Source: Malacoraja senta
Taxonomy: Eukaryota
Assembly: GCA_038087875.1 (NCBI GenBank)
Contig: JAXLNO010002420.1
Span: 62,001 to 122,540, forward strand
Reading direction: 5' to 3'
DNA length: 60,540 bases
Shown here: positions 12,723 through 24,233 of the stretch, in pieces
Layout of the letters: every line of letters starts with the position of its first letter
Numbering within the stretch: position 1 is the first letter of the stretch
Made by a program: the position numbers and the translations under genes
Notes under the pieces: model-generated
What the model was told of the DNA's origin: nothing
The model's input: the letters and a program-made list of their open reading frames with translations, nothing else
The model's database searches: none

Positions 12723-13091
12723 ATAATCTAAGTAAGCTTGACATTTAGAATCATGTACAGCATAGAAACAGGCCCTTCAGCCCAGCTTATCTATGCCAGC
12801 CAAGATGCCCCATCTACCCTTGACCCACCCATCTATATTTTACCTTAGTTTAACTTATTATTAATGTCACGTGTACTGTTTTGCAGTGAAAATGTTTCTT
12901 GTGTGCTATCCAGTCAGTGAAAAGACTACATTACAATGAAGCCGTTCACAATCTATAGATACAGGGTAAAGGATATCATGTTTAGTGCAATGTAAATCCA
13001 ATTGGTGTTTTGCCAATTTCCCTCCAAACCTTTCCTATCCATAGAAATTTCTATTACTTGACAATAATTGTATTATTTTATTTGTGTCTAG

Positions 13092-13352
13092 GGCCTCACA
13101 CACTGATCTACTACTACACCCTGAACCACGGGAGTACTCATCTACCAGAATATAGTGTCGTGGGTGAACTGGATGGTTGTGAGATACAGTATTATGACAA
13201 AAACATGGTCATTACAGTTCCAAGACAGAAATGGATGGCGGCTGCATTTGACAGGAATTACTGGGTAACAAATACGGTCTGTGAAACTGGTTTCCATGGA
13301 ATCATCAAAGGGCAAGTCGATGAATGGATGCGGAGGCAGAACGAAACAGCAA
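13092..13352 (+). CDS. MHC class I alpha1 domain exon (261 nt)
   Basis: Acceptor tgtgtctAG|GG, donor A|GTTAGT. Translates (G)PHTLIYYYTLNHGSTHLPEYSVVGELDGCEIQYYDKNMVITVPRQKWMAAAFDRNYWVTNTVCETGFHGIIKGQVDEWMRRQNETA. By eye it matches class I alpha1: H3, Y7, G26/D29, PRQxWM, Y59-W60, R84, N86-x-T glycan site. Confidence 0.93.
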
Positions 13353-15494
13353 GTTAGTTCATTCATTTCAATACATTTGGAGTGTGATCAATGTTCATAA
13401 AAAAACATCTCAAAGAAATTTCTCGCTGTGCCAGAGACCCAGGTTTGATCCTGACTACACGTTCTCCCTGTGAACACAGATATTTCCTCCAGGTGCTCCG
13501 GTTTCATCCCATATCTTGAAAATGTGAGAGTTTGTAGGTTAATTGGGCTCTGTAAATTACTCTTGTGTGCTGAGAATGGGTGAGGAAAGTGGGATTACAT
13601 AGATGTGTAGGAAGGAACTGAAGATGCTGGTTTACAGCAAAGATAGGCACAATGTGCTGGAGTAACTCAGCGGGACAGGCAGCATCTCTGGATACAAGGA
13701 ATGGATGACTTTTCAGGTCAAGACCCTTCCTCAGACAGAGTGTTTCCCCTGACTTACTCCAGCATTTTGTGTCCATTTTGGGATAACATAGAACTAGTGT
13801 GAAAGATGATCGATGGTTGGCATGGAATTGGTGGGCAGAATGGCCCGTTTCCATGCTGAGTCACTAACCTAAGAACTGCAGATGCTGCAAATGTGAAATA
13901 AAAACCAAAAATGCCATTGTCTGATGGCTTCATTGTCAGTTTATCACCATGGAAACCTGTCATTACCTTATCAGTGATACTCCCTATGTCCAACCATGCC
14001 TCCCACTCCTGTCTGTAACTTACACATTCTCACAATTCTGAAGCATTAATTTTGTTTCTCTTTCCATAGGTTCTGTTGAACTTGCTGTGCTTCCAGCATT
14101 TTACAAATCATTGAAATGTTGGTGGCTTTTTGAATGGTTAAAATCCCTTGTGTACCTCACCAATTGTTTTTACTTTTATTGACAAATTTTGAAAGAAAAG
14201 TTGTGTGAAATATTTAAAGGATAACCTAAATGTCATTGTGGTTCAGCCGTAGTGATGGTGCCGTAGTGCCAGAGACCCAGGGTTGATCCTGGCCTCAGGT
14301 GCTGTCTGTACATAGTTTGTACGTACTCCCCGTGACCTGCGTGGGATTTCCCCGGATGCTCCAGTTTCCTCCCACACTCCAAGCCTGTATGCCAAAGTGG
14401 ATCACTGGTCACTGTGGACTCTAAGGGCTGTTTTCGTGCTATATCTCTAAATTATCTTGGGCACCAATTGTAAAGTAAGCTGTCCAAATCCATCTGCACC
14501 ACACTTGTATATCCATATAATTTGCAATTGGACACGTTTTATATTGTAAATCAATAAGTCCTATCACCATTACTGTGTTAATTCAATGACATTCGTAGTG
14601 TACCATTGAACAAAGCAGGACTAGAAGTGAGGGGACCATCGTGAGGTGGGGGGGGGGGACAAAGGAGGACCTGGTGTGGGAGACTTTATAACTTTGTCGG
14701 TGCCCTTTATGTGAAGAATCTTGACATACGTTGGGTTTACAAAACAAAGAATTTCACTGTGACTTGTCACATGTCACTATAAAGTATCATTCATTCATGA
14801 TTAATTATTTCTGAAAACATTGCTTTTTGTTACCTCTTCGGTTACACATTAAACAAATTATATTATTAATCTTTAACTGGACTAAAACAGGGTGAGGGTA
14901 CAAACAGGGAACAATACATCAAAATATTATGCACTGGGCATAATTTCTATCAATTTTCCACATCTTGCAATATTTATTATTATTTTCAAATTATATGTGA
15001 ATACATGTGAATGACGTTTATTAGATTATCATCTGATTCATTGAACCATGTTTGTTGAATCATATTGCCTTCAAAAATAAGTTTTTTTATTTGCATTATT
15101 TATGGTGCACATATTATCTGCAACATTGTTATGTTTATGAGATTTATGAGCATATTATCGGGGCTCAAGGGTGTGAACAAGAGGGAGAGATTGGGCAAGC
15201 CAGGGCTTTATTCCATGGAGCACAGGAGGCTGAGGGGTGATCATATAGGGGTGCTTAAAATCATGAGGGGAATTGATAGACTGTATGCCCAGAGCCTTTT
15301 ACCCAGAGAAGGGGAATAAAATAACCAGAGGACATGGGTTTAATGTGAGAGGGGGAAGATTTAATTGGAACTTGGGAAAATCTTTGTGCTCAGAGAGTGG
15401 TAAGCATATGGAATGACCTGCCAGAGAATGGAGTTGCGGCAGGTACAATAACAATATTTAATAGACACATGGACAGGGACATGCATAGGTAGAT

Positions 15495-15965
15495 AAAAGT
15501 GCTGGAGAAACTCAGCGGGTGAGGCAGCATCTATGGAGCGAAGGAAATGGGCAACGTTTCGGGCCGAAAATCCTTCTTCAGACTGATGTGAGGGAGGGGG
15601 GGGGGGCGCAGGAAAAAGAAAGGGAAAGGTGGAGCCAGTGGGCTGAGGGAGAGCTGAGATGGGGAGGAGAAAGTAAGGACTACCTGAAATTAAAGAAGTC
15701 AATGTTCATACTGCTGGGGTGCAAACTGCCCAAGCGAAATATGAGGTGCTGCTCCTCCAATTTACGGTGGTCCTCACTCTGGCCATGGAGGAGACCGAGG
15801 GCAGAAAGGTCGGATTTGGAATGGGAGGGGGGAGTTGAAGTGCTGATCCACCGGGAGATCAGGTTGGTTGTTGGGAACCGAGCGGAGGCGTTCGGCGAAA
15901 CGATCGCCAAGCCTGCGCTTGGTCTCACCGATGTAGAGCAGCTGACATCTAGAGAGAAACGTTTT
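15495..15965 (-). mobile_element. Penelope-like 3' fragment: GIY-YIG C-terminus plus hammerhead-bearing terminal repeat
   Basis: Minus ORF ...HSKSDLSALGLLHGQSEDHRKLEEQHLIFRLGSLHPSSMNIDFFNFR*. Downstream on the minus strand (15582-15553): CTGAAGA-A-GGATTTTCGGCCC-GAAA-CGTT. Confidence 0.85.
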
Positions 15966-16863
15966 GAATGATGTCTACCCATTGCAGGGTAAATGGGACT
16001 AGCTTAAATGGGGTATCTTGATTAGCTTGGACAAGTTGGGCCAAAGGGCTTGTTTCCCTGCTGTGTGACTCTCTATGACTGCTTTATAGCAAAGAGCGCT
16101 GCTGCCTCACAGCTCCAGTGATCCGTGTTCAATCATCTCCAGTGCAGTCTGTGTGGAGTATAAGCATTCTCCCTGTGACAATGTTTGTTCTCCAGTTTCC
16201 TCCCACATACCAAAATGTGCTGATTTAGTAGATTAAGCCACCGCTGAAAATAGGTGGATTTGTGGCATTGATAGAAATGAGGAAGATCCGTTTTGGGGAA
16301 AATTAGTGTTGGAATGGTTTTGTTCTCTGGGCTAGAGTGGGCTCAGGAGGCTGAAAGGCCTCTTTCTCTGTCACGGATTTATGGGCAGTTATTTATCCTT
16401 GAACTGCCTTCTTTCTCATTTTAGTCAACAGTGTAAAATTGAACTAATTGTCTGGATTGAACTATTTAACAATTGTAGATGAAAGGAAGAGCAGAGGCCG
16501 CTTTCCTCCACACACAAAGTGCTGAGGAACTCAACGGGTCAAGTGGCATCTTTGGAGAACATGGGAAGGCAGATATTTCGGGTGAGGATCCTACTTCAGA
16601 CTGAAGTTGGGTCACATTAGAACATGCTTTGTACTCACACTCGCAGTCCAGTGTTAGTTTTCAAGGATTTTTTATTATTCACAGCTTGTAGTTGTTACAT
16701 TTTCAGCAGAGAGAAGACGAGGCAAACTAAAGCACCTGCAAAATACAACTAAAAGACCGCAGAAAGAAGCTTGAAAAGAAGGCTCTTATCTAAACAACGT
16801 ACTTTCAAGAGAGAGTTAGATTTAGCTCTTAAGGCTAAAGGAATCAAGGGATATGCGGGAAAA

Positions 16864-18670
16864 GATTAGTTAAAACAAATGTAGGTCCCTTGCAGTCAGA
16901 AACAGGTGAATTGATCATGGGGAACAAGGACATGGCAGACCAATTGAATAACTACTTTGGTTCTGTCTTCACTAAGGAAGACTTAATTAACTGCCGAAAA
17001 TAGCAGGGGACCTGGGGTCAAATGAGATGGAGGAACTGAGTGAAATCCAGGTTAGCCGGGAAGTGGTGTTAGGTAAATTGAATGGATTAAAGGCCGATAA
17101 ATCCCCAGGGCCAGATAGGCTGCATCCCAGAGTACTTAAGGAAGTAGCCCCAGAAATAGTGGATGCATTAGTGATAGTTTTTCAAAACTCTTTAGATTCT
17201 GGAGTAGTTCCTGAGGATTGGAGGGTACCTAATGTAACCCCACTTTTTAAAAAGGGAGGGAGAGAGAAAACGGGGAATTACAGACCAGTTAGTCTAACAT
17301 CGGTAGTGGGGAAACTGCTAGAGTCAGTTATTAAAGATGGGATAGCAGCACATTAGGAAAATGGTGAAATCATTGGACAAAGTCAGCATGGATTTACGAA
17401 AGGTAAATCATGTCTGACAAATCTTATAAAAATTTTCGAGGATGTAACTAGTAGAGTGGATAAGGGAGAACCAGTGGATGTGTTATATCTGGACTTTCAG
17501 AAGACTTTCGACAAGGTCCCACATAAGAGATTAATATACAAACTTAAAGCACACAGTATTGGGGGTTCAGTATTGACGTGGATAGAGAACTGGCTGGCAG
17601 ACAGGAAGCAAAGAGTAGGAGTAAACGGGTCCTTTTCAGAATGGCAGGCAGTGACTAGTGGGGTACCGCAAGGCTCAGTGCTGGGACCCCAGCTATTTAC
17701 AATATATATTAATGATTTGGACGAGGGAATTGAATACAAAATCTCCAAGTTTGCGGATGACACGAAGCTGGGGGGCAGTGTTAGCTGTGAGGAGGGTACT
17801 AGGAGGCTGCAAGGTGACTTGGATAGGCTGGTTGAGTGGGCAAATGCATGGCAGATGCAGTATAATGTGGATAAATGTGTGGTTATCCACTTTGGTGGCA
17901 AAAACAGGAAAGTAGACTATTACCTGAATGGTGGCCGATTAGGAAAACGGGAGATGCAACGAGACCTGGGTGTCATGGTACACCAGTCATTGAAAGTAGG
18001 CATGCAGGTGCAGCAGGCAGTGAAGAAAGCGAATGGTATGTTAGCATTCATAGCAAAAGGATTTGAGGAGCAGGGAGGTTCTACTGCAGTTGTTCAGGGT
18101 GTTGGTGAGACCACACCTGGAGTATTGCCTACAGTTTTGGTCTCCTAATCTGAGGAAGGACATTCTTGCCATAGAGGGAGTACAGAGAAGGTTCACCAGA
18201 CTGATTCCTGGGATGTCAGGACTTTCATATGAAGAAAGACTGGATAGACTCGGCTTGCACTCGCTAGAATTTAGAAGATTGAGGGGGGATCTTATAGAAA
18301 CTTACAAAATTCTTAAGGGGTTGGACAGGCTAGATGCAGGAAGATTGTTCCCGATTTTGGGGAAGTCCAGAACAAGGGGTCACAGTTTAAGGATAAAGGG
18401 GAAATCTTTTAGGACTGAGATGAGAAAAACATTTTTTACACAGAGAGTGGTGAATCTCTGGAATTCTCTGCCACAGAATGTAGTTGAGGCCCGTTCATTG
18501 GCTATATTTAAGAGGGAGTTAGATGTGGCCCTTGTGGCTAAAGGGATCAGGGGTTATGGAGAGAAGGCAGGTACAGGATACTGAGTTGGATGATCAGCCA
18601 TGATCATATTGAATGGCGGTGCAGGATCGAAGGGCCAAATGGCCTTCTCCTGCAACTATTTTCTGTGTTT
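16864..18670 (+). mobile_element. 5'-truncated HER1/CR1-like LINE, RT domain; inactivated by a nonsense codon (TAG 17354-17356) and a frameshift near 18066
   Basis: KSPGPDRLHPRVLKE, NYRPVSLTS, GVPQGSVLGP and KFADDTK motifs; family tail; the tail is partly duplicated at about 18685-18790. Confidence 0.92.
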
Positions 18671-19275
18671 CTATGTTTCTAAAAGCAGGAATGGGGTACT
18701 GATTCTAGATGCAGGCATGATCATATTGAATGGCGGTGCTGGCTCAAATGGCCGAATGGCCTACTCCTGTGCCTATTTTTCTATGTTTCTATAATTAGTA
18801 TACATTCGGCTATTTGTGGTGTTTCTTGAAAACACGAAGACGAGAGAATGTAAAGGATCTGCAGAACAACTAAAATACTGCAGAAAGCAGCTTGAAAAGA
18901 AGGCTCTTCATCTATACAACATAATTATGTTTTATTCAGCTATCATTGTTTGTAGAGTTTCTTATTGGTATGAAAACATCATCCAAGTTTTGACCCCTCC
19001 TTATTACTCCTGGTCCCAGGGGCATGGTTGGCATTAGCTCATTACCTTCATCCTAATAAAGGGTTGTTGTTCACAGTTGTGCCTAGGTTTTTATCAGTTA
19101 TAACCTTGAGTTCACAAACTGTTCTTTGTCTCTGGGCTTAAGTTCACAGACTCTCCTTTTCAAGGAGTGAGCAGTTTTAAGCAAACTGACTTCAGCAAAT
19201 CCTTACAAATTCCATCACCCCCCCCCCCACTTTGATTCATCAATCAATGCCAGAGGGAATGAAACATCTAAGTAA

Positions 19276-19957
19276 AGGGGCCTGTCCCACTTGTGTGTCC
19301 TTGGAACGCAAATTACGCGTTGAGCCACGATGGTCCGGCGAAGGTCGGGCGCGATTACATGCGTACGCACAGCCGTCTGGAGCGCGTGACGTTATTTGAA
19401 GATGGACACAAAGCTGGAGTAACTCAGCGGGACCGGCAGCATCTCTGGAGAGAAGGAATGGGTGATGTTTCGTGTCGAGACTCTTCTTCAGTCTGAAAAG
19501 AAGGGTCTTGACCCGAAACATCACCCATTGCTTCTCTCCAGAGATGCTGCCGGTCCCACTGAGTGACTCCAGCATTTTGTGTCTATCTTCAATTTTCTTG
19601 GCCCCGCTCTGGGAGTAGTAGTGGGGGCGGATCCGGACCGCAACGGCCATGAGCCCCAGGCCGAGTTCGGCGATCGTTTGCCCGCTTCTGCTGCTGTTGA
19701 AAGTGAGACGTTGCGTCGTGCCAGGGTCTTGGGCCTGTCCCACTTTGGCCGTCAGTTCCGCGACAGGCCGTTGGCGCGCGAAGATTTAATTCACTACAAA
19801 ATTTTCGGAGCCCCGCGCAATGTCGCGCACAACTACATACCCCTCCGCGCTTCCAAGTGGGACCGGCCCCGCGCGGCCATACGATGCCCGTACGCCTCAA
19901 CGCGACCACAAGGTCGCATAATTTGTGTGCCAAGGACACGTAAGTGGGACAGGCCCT
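19276..19957. mobile_element. PIF/Harbinger-like MITE with an inserted PLE foldback (19397-19592)
   Basis: TIRs AGGGGCCTGTCCCACTT / AAGTGGGACAGGCCCT; TAA on both sides (19273-19275, 19958-19960). Confidence 0.75.
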
Positions 19958-20310
19958 TAAAAATACCAAGGAAAGGTAGCGCAGCTACACATCACTGGAT
20001 ATCTTTAAACTGTTCAATGTCATCGCCAAGTACACTAGGGGTCATGGCCAATAGTGAAAAATAAACTTGGCAATGAACAGCTTAATGGTCTCCATATTTT
20101 AGAGAAAGCCTTCAATGCCCATGATGGGTGAGCCTTATTATATCTATGTTTCTCTAAATATAGGAAGCACTTTTGTGGTAAAAGATGGGGCAGCTCGGGC
20201 CTCGAAAAGATCCAACCTTATGTGCAGCTTTACATTTGTTTATATGCAATAAGCAAAAAGAACACAATAGAAGATAAAACATGATAATAATTATAAGCAA
20301 AGCCAAGAGA

Positions 20311-20513
20311 TCGTGGCCTTACACGAGTTGCTGCCTTGCAGCACCAGAGACCCGGGTTTGAACCCGACTACGAGTGGTGACTGTACTGAGTTTGCATGTT
20401 CTCCCCGTAACCTGTGTGGCTTTTCTCTGAGATGTAGGTAAATTGGCTTGGTATAATTGTAAATTGTCCCTAGTATGGGCTGAAGGGCCTGTTTCAGCAC
20501 TGTATCTCCAAAG
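20311..20513 (+). mobile_element. HE1-like SINE whose 3' tail is split by the hAT element (tail resumes at 31225)
   Basis: Ends ...GGGCCTGTTTCAGCACTGTATCTCCAAAG | hAT | CTCTAAAGCTTAAAACTAAA. Confidence 0.72.
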
Positions 20514-20915
20514 CAGTGGTTCTTAACCTGGGGGTTGTTTGTGGTTTTTCTGGGGGGTCATGAATGGGTTGAAAAGAACATCAATTTGTTGAGCCTATTT
20601 TTAGGAACCTAACAAAGGTACATACCACACACAGTATTTTGTTCACGAATGCGCGTACGTCTAAACAGGGCCTATGAGAGGGGGGTGCAGGGGGTACATC
20701 GTACCCGGGAGCTGAAGGAGGGGGGACGGGAATTTCCTGAATTCTCAGAAAATGTTTGCATATATTTTGTGAAGACTAGCATTCACATTTTGTGTGAGCC
20801 GACAGAGTTTTATATATCGTAATTCGTAGAAATTGTGATCCATAATAAAGCAGGGAATTTTAACTGGCGAGTGTGTGGTCGGGGTAACCTGATTAAAAGA
20901 GGGGGAAGGGGAAGA

Positions 20916-21750
20916 CCCATCACTACTGATGGATCTTCCCTGCAGGAGGGGGGGGGGTGCAGCATTAGGACCCAACAGAGTCATCACTACTGATGGGTCT
21001 TCCCTGTAGGAGGGGGAGAGAGCATGAGGACCCCACAGAGTCATCACTACTGATGGATCTTCCCTGTAGGAGGGGGGGAGCACTAGAACCCAACAGAGTC
21101 ATCACTACTGATGGATCTTCCCTGTAGGAGAAGGAGGGGGGAGAGCATGAGGACCCAACAGAGTCATCACTACTGATGGATCTTCCCTGTAGGAGGAGGG
21201 AGAGCATGAGGACCCCACAGAGTCATCACTACTGATGGATCTTCCCTGTAGGAGGAGGGAGAGCATGAGGACCCCACAGAGTCATCACTACTGATGGATC
21301 TTCCCTGTAGGAGGAGGGAGAGCATGAGGACCCCACAGAGTCATCACTACTGATGGATCTTCCCTGCAGGAGGGGGGGGTGCAGCACTAGAACCCAGCAG
21401 AGTCATCACTACTGATGGGTCTTCCCTGTAGGAGGAGGGAGAGCATGAGGACCCAACAGAGTCATCACCACTGATGGATCTTCCCTGCAGGAGGAGGGAG
21501 AGCATGAGGACCCCACAGAGTCATCACTACTGATGGATCTTCCCTGTAGGATGAGGGAGAGCATGAGGACCCAACAGAGTCATCACTACTGATGGATCTT
21601 CCCTGTAGGAGAAGGAGGGAGAGCATGAGGACCCCACAGTCATCACTACTGATGGATCTTCCATGTAGGAGAAGGAGGGGGAGAGCACTAGAACCCAGCA
21701 GAGTCATCACTACTGATGGATCTTCCCTGTAGGAGAGGGGGAGCACTAGG
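20916..21750. repeat. Minisatellite, about 14 units of 58-65 bp (CAGAGTCATCACTACTGATGGATCTTCCCTGTAGGAGGAGGGAGAGCATGAGGACCCA)
   Basis: Directly visible tandem units with at least two interspersed variants (GCATGAGGACCC and GCACTAGAACCC). Confidence 0.95.
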
Positions 21751-22049
21751 AGCCAGCAATCAGACCATGTGCTGTCTGCATGGTTTAGGTTGTGGGCCTG
21801 GTGCTATGCCGGGAACTCTGGTGAGGTGGCGGCTCTGGCCCGCTGGTGGCCGGTGGAGAGGCGAGGGTCGGCAGAGTCGCTGGTGGAGGCCCGTGGGGAG
21901 CTGGAGTAGAGATATGGGCAGCAGCATCATTGGCTTTCTGAAGACAGTGAAGGTCGGCGACAGTGGCTGCGGTGGCCCCGCCCGGGGAGGTGGTGAGAGT
22001 CGACAGCCGCGGCTGTTTCAGTAGTCCGGACCTGGGTTTGGATCAGTAT

Positions 22050-22160
22050 GTGGATGGGTGGGTGTGAGTGAGGGTGTGTGTGTGTGTGTGTGTGTGGATG
22101 TGTGTGGATGTATGTGAGTAGGTGAGTGTGTGTGTGTCTGAGTGTATGTGTGTGTTAGTG
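22050..22160. repeat. (TG)n-rich microsatellite
   Basis: Direct sequence inspection. Confidence 0.9.
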
Positions 22161-22229
22161 GGAGGGTGAATTTTATAAATGAAGTTAAAACAATTAGATC
22201 TGTTGAACTTGTTAACAGACTATTGACTT

Positions 22230-22392
22230 GGTAACCTGTTTCCAAATGTTTGTGTTGGCTTCAGAATACTATTAACAATTCCAGCAACAGTAGCTTCTGC
22301 AGAGGTCATTTAGCAAACTCAAGCTGATTAAGAATTATTTAAGGTCGACAATGTCTCATGAACGTCTTGTGGATTTGGCCAGGCTAAGTATT
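22230..22392 (+). mobile_element. Tip100/ZMYM1-type hAT C-terminal dimerisation-domain remnant
   Basis: NLFPNVCVGFRILLTIPATVASAE/SFSKLKLIKNYLRSTMSHERLVDLARLSI with one frameshift. Confidence 0.75.
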
Positions 22393-23189
22393 CAAAGTCA
22401 GTTTTATTCATCACATACACCCGAAGGTGCAGTGAAGTGAATTTGCCAGCAGTGATACACGTAAAAAGAACACACAATACACAATAAAATTGAACACAAA
22501 CATCCACTACAGCATTCTTCACTGTGGTGGAAGGCAACAAGTTTCAGCAAGTCCTCCATTGTTCACCCGTGTTCGGGGCCATAACCCCTCCGTAGTCGCA
22601 TCTAGGGACGGCCCGATGTACAAGGCCCTCTCGTCGGGATGATCCAAACTCTGACGTTGGGACGGACAAACACACTCTGCGGCTTGGAGGTTCCGACTCG
22701 GCACTTTCCTACTGGAGACCGCAGCTTCAGGATGTTATAGGCCGCAGGCCAGCGGTTCTGCGGTTAAATATAAAAGGATGTTTCAATGTTAATTCTTGCT
22801 CCTTATCTGTATTGTAGCATAAACAAAGATGTTCAAAACAAAGGTAGATAAAATGCTGGAGAAACTCAACGGGTGAGGCAGCATCTATAGAGTGAAGGAA
22901 AACAAATGTGCTTTCTGATCCTTTTATGTTCTTTATATTTATTTATATTTATCATGGAGGGTGTATAGGGGCATAAGGCCTCAAATGCAGAAAATCAACA
23001 GAGCGCCCCATTCCACCCCTCTCTCAACTTCCATACCCCGACTTCCGGTGGCGCTATGGAGGCTTGAGTCCAGCGCCAACTAGCTCCGTGCCGAAGAAAC
23101 TAAAAACGGGAGAAAATCGGGTCTTACCTGCAGCGATCGCGATCTGAACGGCTGCCTGCGTGACGTCATCAGGCGCGCTACTTTACGGT

Positions 23190-24233
23190 ATGTCGTTACA
23201 ACGTAACCCCACCCGTGTGACACAAAAAAAAGCCGTTAAAGGGAAACTGCAGACGGAAGAGGAAGGCCCTACAGAGGCCTCGGCCTCAGTTACAACGACG
23301 CCCCAGGAAGACCCTCCGAAGAAAACAAAACAGAAAAAGTCTGAAATGGAGGATCTTAAAACTTTTCTCGTTGCCGAATTGAAAACCTTTGGAGAGAATT
23401 TTGGAGAGAAATTTAAAGAGGAACTTTACTCTTTTAAGGTCGATTTTAAAGCAGAAATGCTTTCTACCGTTCAACAAATACTGGAAATCTGGAAAAGGAC
23501 GACGGAGGAAGAGGTCAAGGATCAGATGGAAGCGCTGGAAGCCAGGCTCGTTTCGGTGGAAGCGAGCGTTAGTATGGATGTGGCCCCCATTCATCACGAA
23601 CTTGATCAACATAGAACAGCGATAACCGAACTTGAGAAATGGGCGGCGACAAGTGCGGAAACTGTAAGTCAACTCCTTACTGAAAACCAACGCCTCTCCG
23701 ATATGGTGACCAAATTAAGTGATAAATGTACCGATTTGGAGGGACGTCAAAGACGTAAGAACCTAAGAATTGTAGGGGTGAAAGAAGGAAGTGAGAAGGA
23801 AATGGGCTCTCGGGACTTTGTGGCAGACCTATTACAAAAAGCCTTAAAATTGGATCACAAACCTTCACTCGGTCGAGCTCATAGAGCGCAGCGACGTCGT
23901 ACACAAGATGATGCCCATCCAAGACAAATCATCGTAAAGGTGCAACTGGATCATGAATTTGACGATATAATGAAGAAAATTGTTCGAGGCGGACAGCTCC
24001 TTTTTGAAGGTGTGAGATTCAGTATTTACCGAGATTATCCGGCAGAAGTCTTCAAGAAAAGAGCGCTGTTCACTGAGACAAAAAGAATACTGAAGAATGT
24101 ACCTGGTTTGAGATACGGCCTGCTTTATCCCGCAAGACTAAGAGTCACCTACAAGTCCAAGGAGCAATTTTTTACAGACCACGAAAAAGCACTGGAATAC
24201 GCCAAAGAAATCGGGAACTTGACCGTAGACTGA
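23190..24233 (+). CDS. L1/Tx1 ORF1p (coiled coil, RRM, CTD), 347 aa from ATG 23190
   Basis: Uninterrupted ORF with DLEGRQRRKNLRIVGVKEG, RAHRA, PRQIIVK, IYRDYPAEV and YGLLYPARLRVT motifs typical of L1 ORF1p. Confidence 0.9.
   Translation: MSLQRNPTRVTQKKAVKGKLQTEEEGPTEASASVTTTPQEDPPKKTKQKKSEMEDLKTFLVAELKTFGENFGEKFKEELYSFKVDFKAEMLSTVQQILEIWKRTTEEEVKDQMEALEARLVSVEASVSMDVAPIHHELDQHRTAITELEKWAATSAETVSQLLTENQRLSDMVTKLSDKCTDLEGRQRRKNLRIVGVKEGSEKEMGSRDFVADLLQKALKLDHKPSLGRAHRAQRRRTQDDAHPRQIIVKVQLDHEFDDIMKKIVRGGQLLFEGVRFSIYRDYPAEVFKKRALFTETKRILKNVPGLRYGLLYPARLRVTYKSKEQFFTDHEKALEYAKEIGNLTVD

Noticed and set aside
13010-13091. Hydrophobic N-terminal extension of the alpha1 ORF (..FYYLTIIVLFYLCL) as a fused signal peptide
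   Set aside because: The ORF begins at TTG rather than ATG, and the stretch is the T-rich polypyrimidine tract before a canonical AG acceptor.
20916-21750. CRISPR-like or coding-repeat interpretation of the tandem array
   Set aside because: Units have no unique spacers, there are no cas genes and the context is eukaryotic; the ORFs are repeat artefacts.
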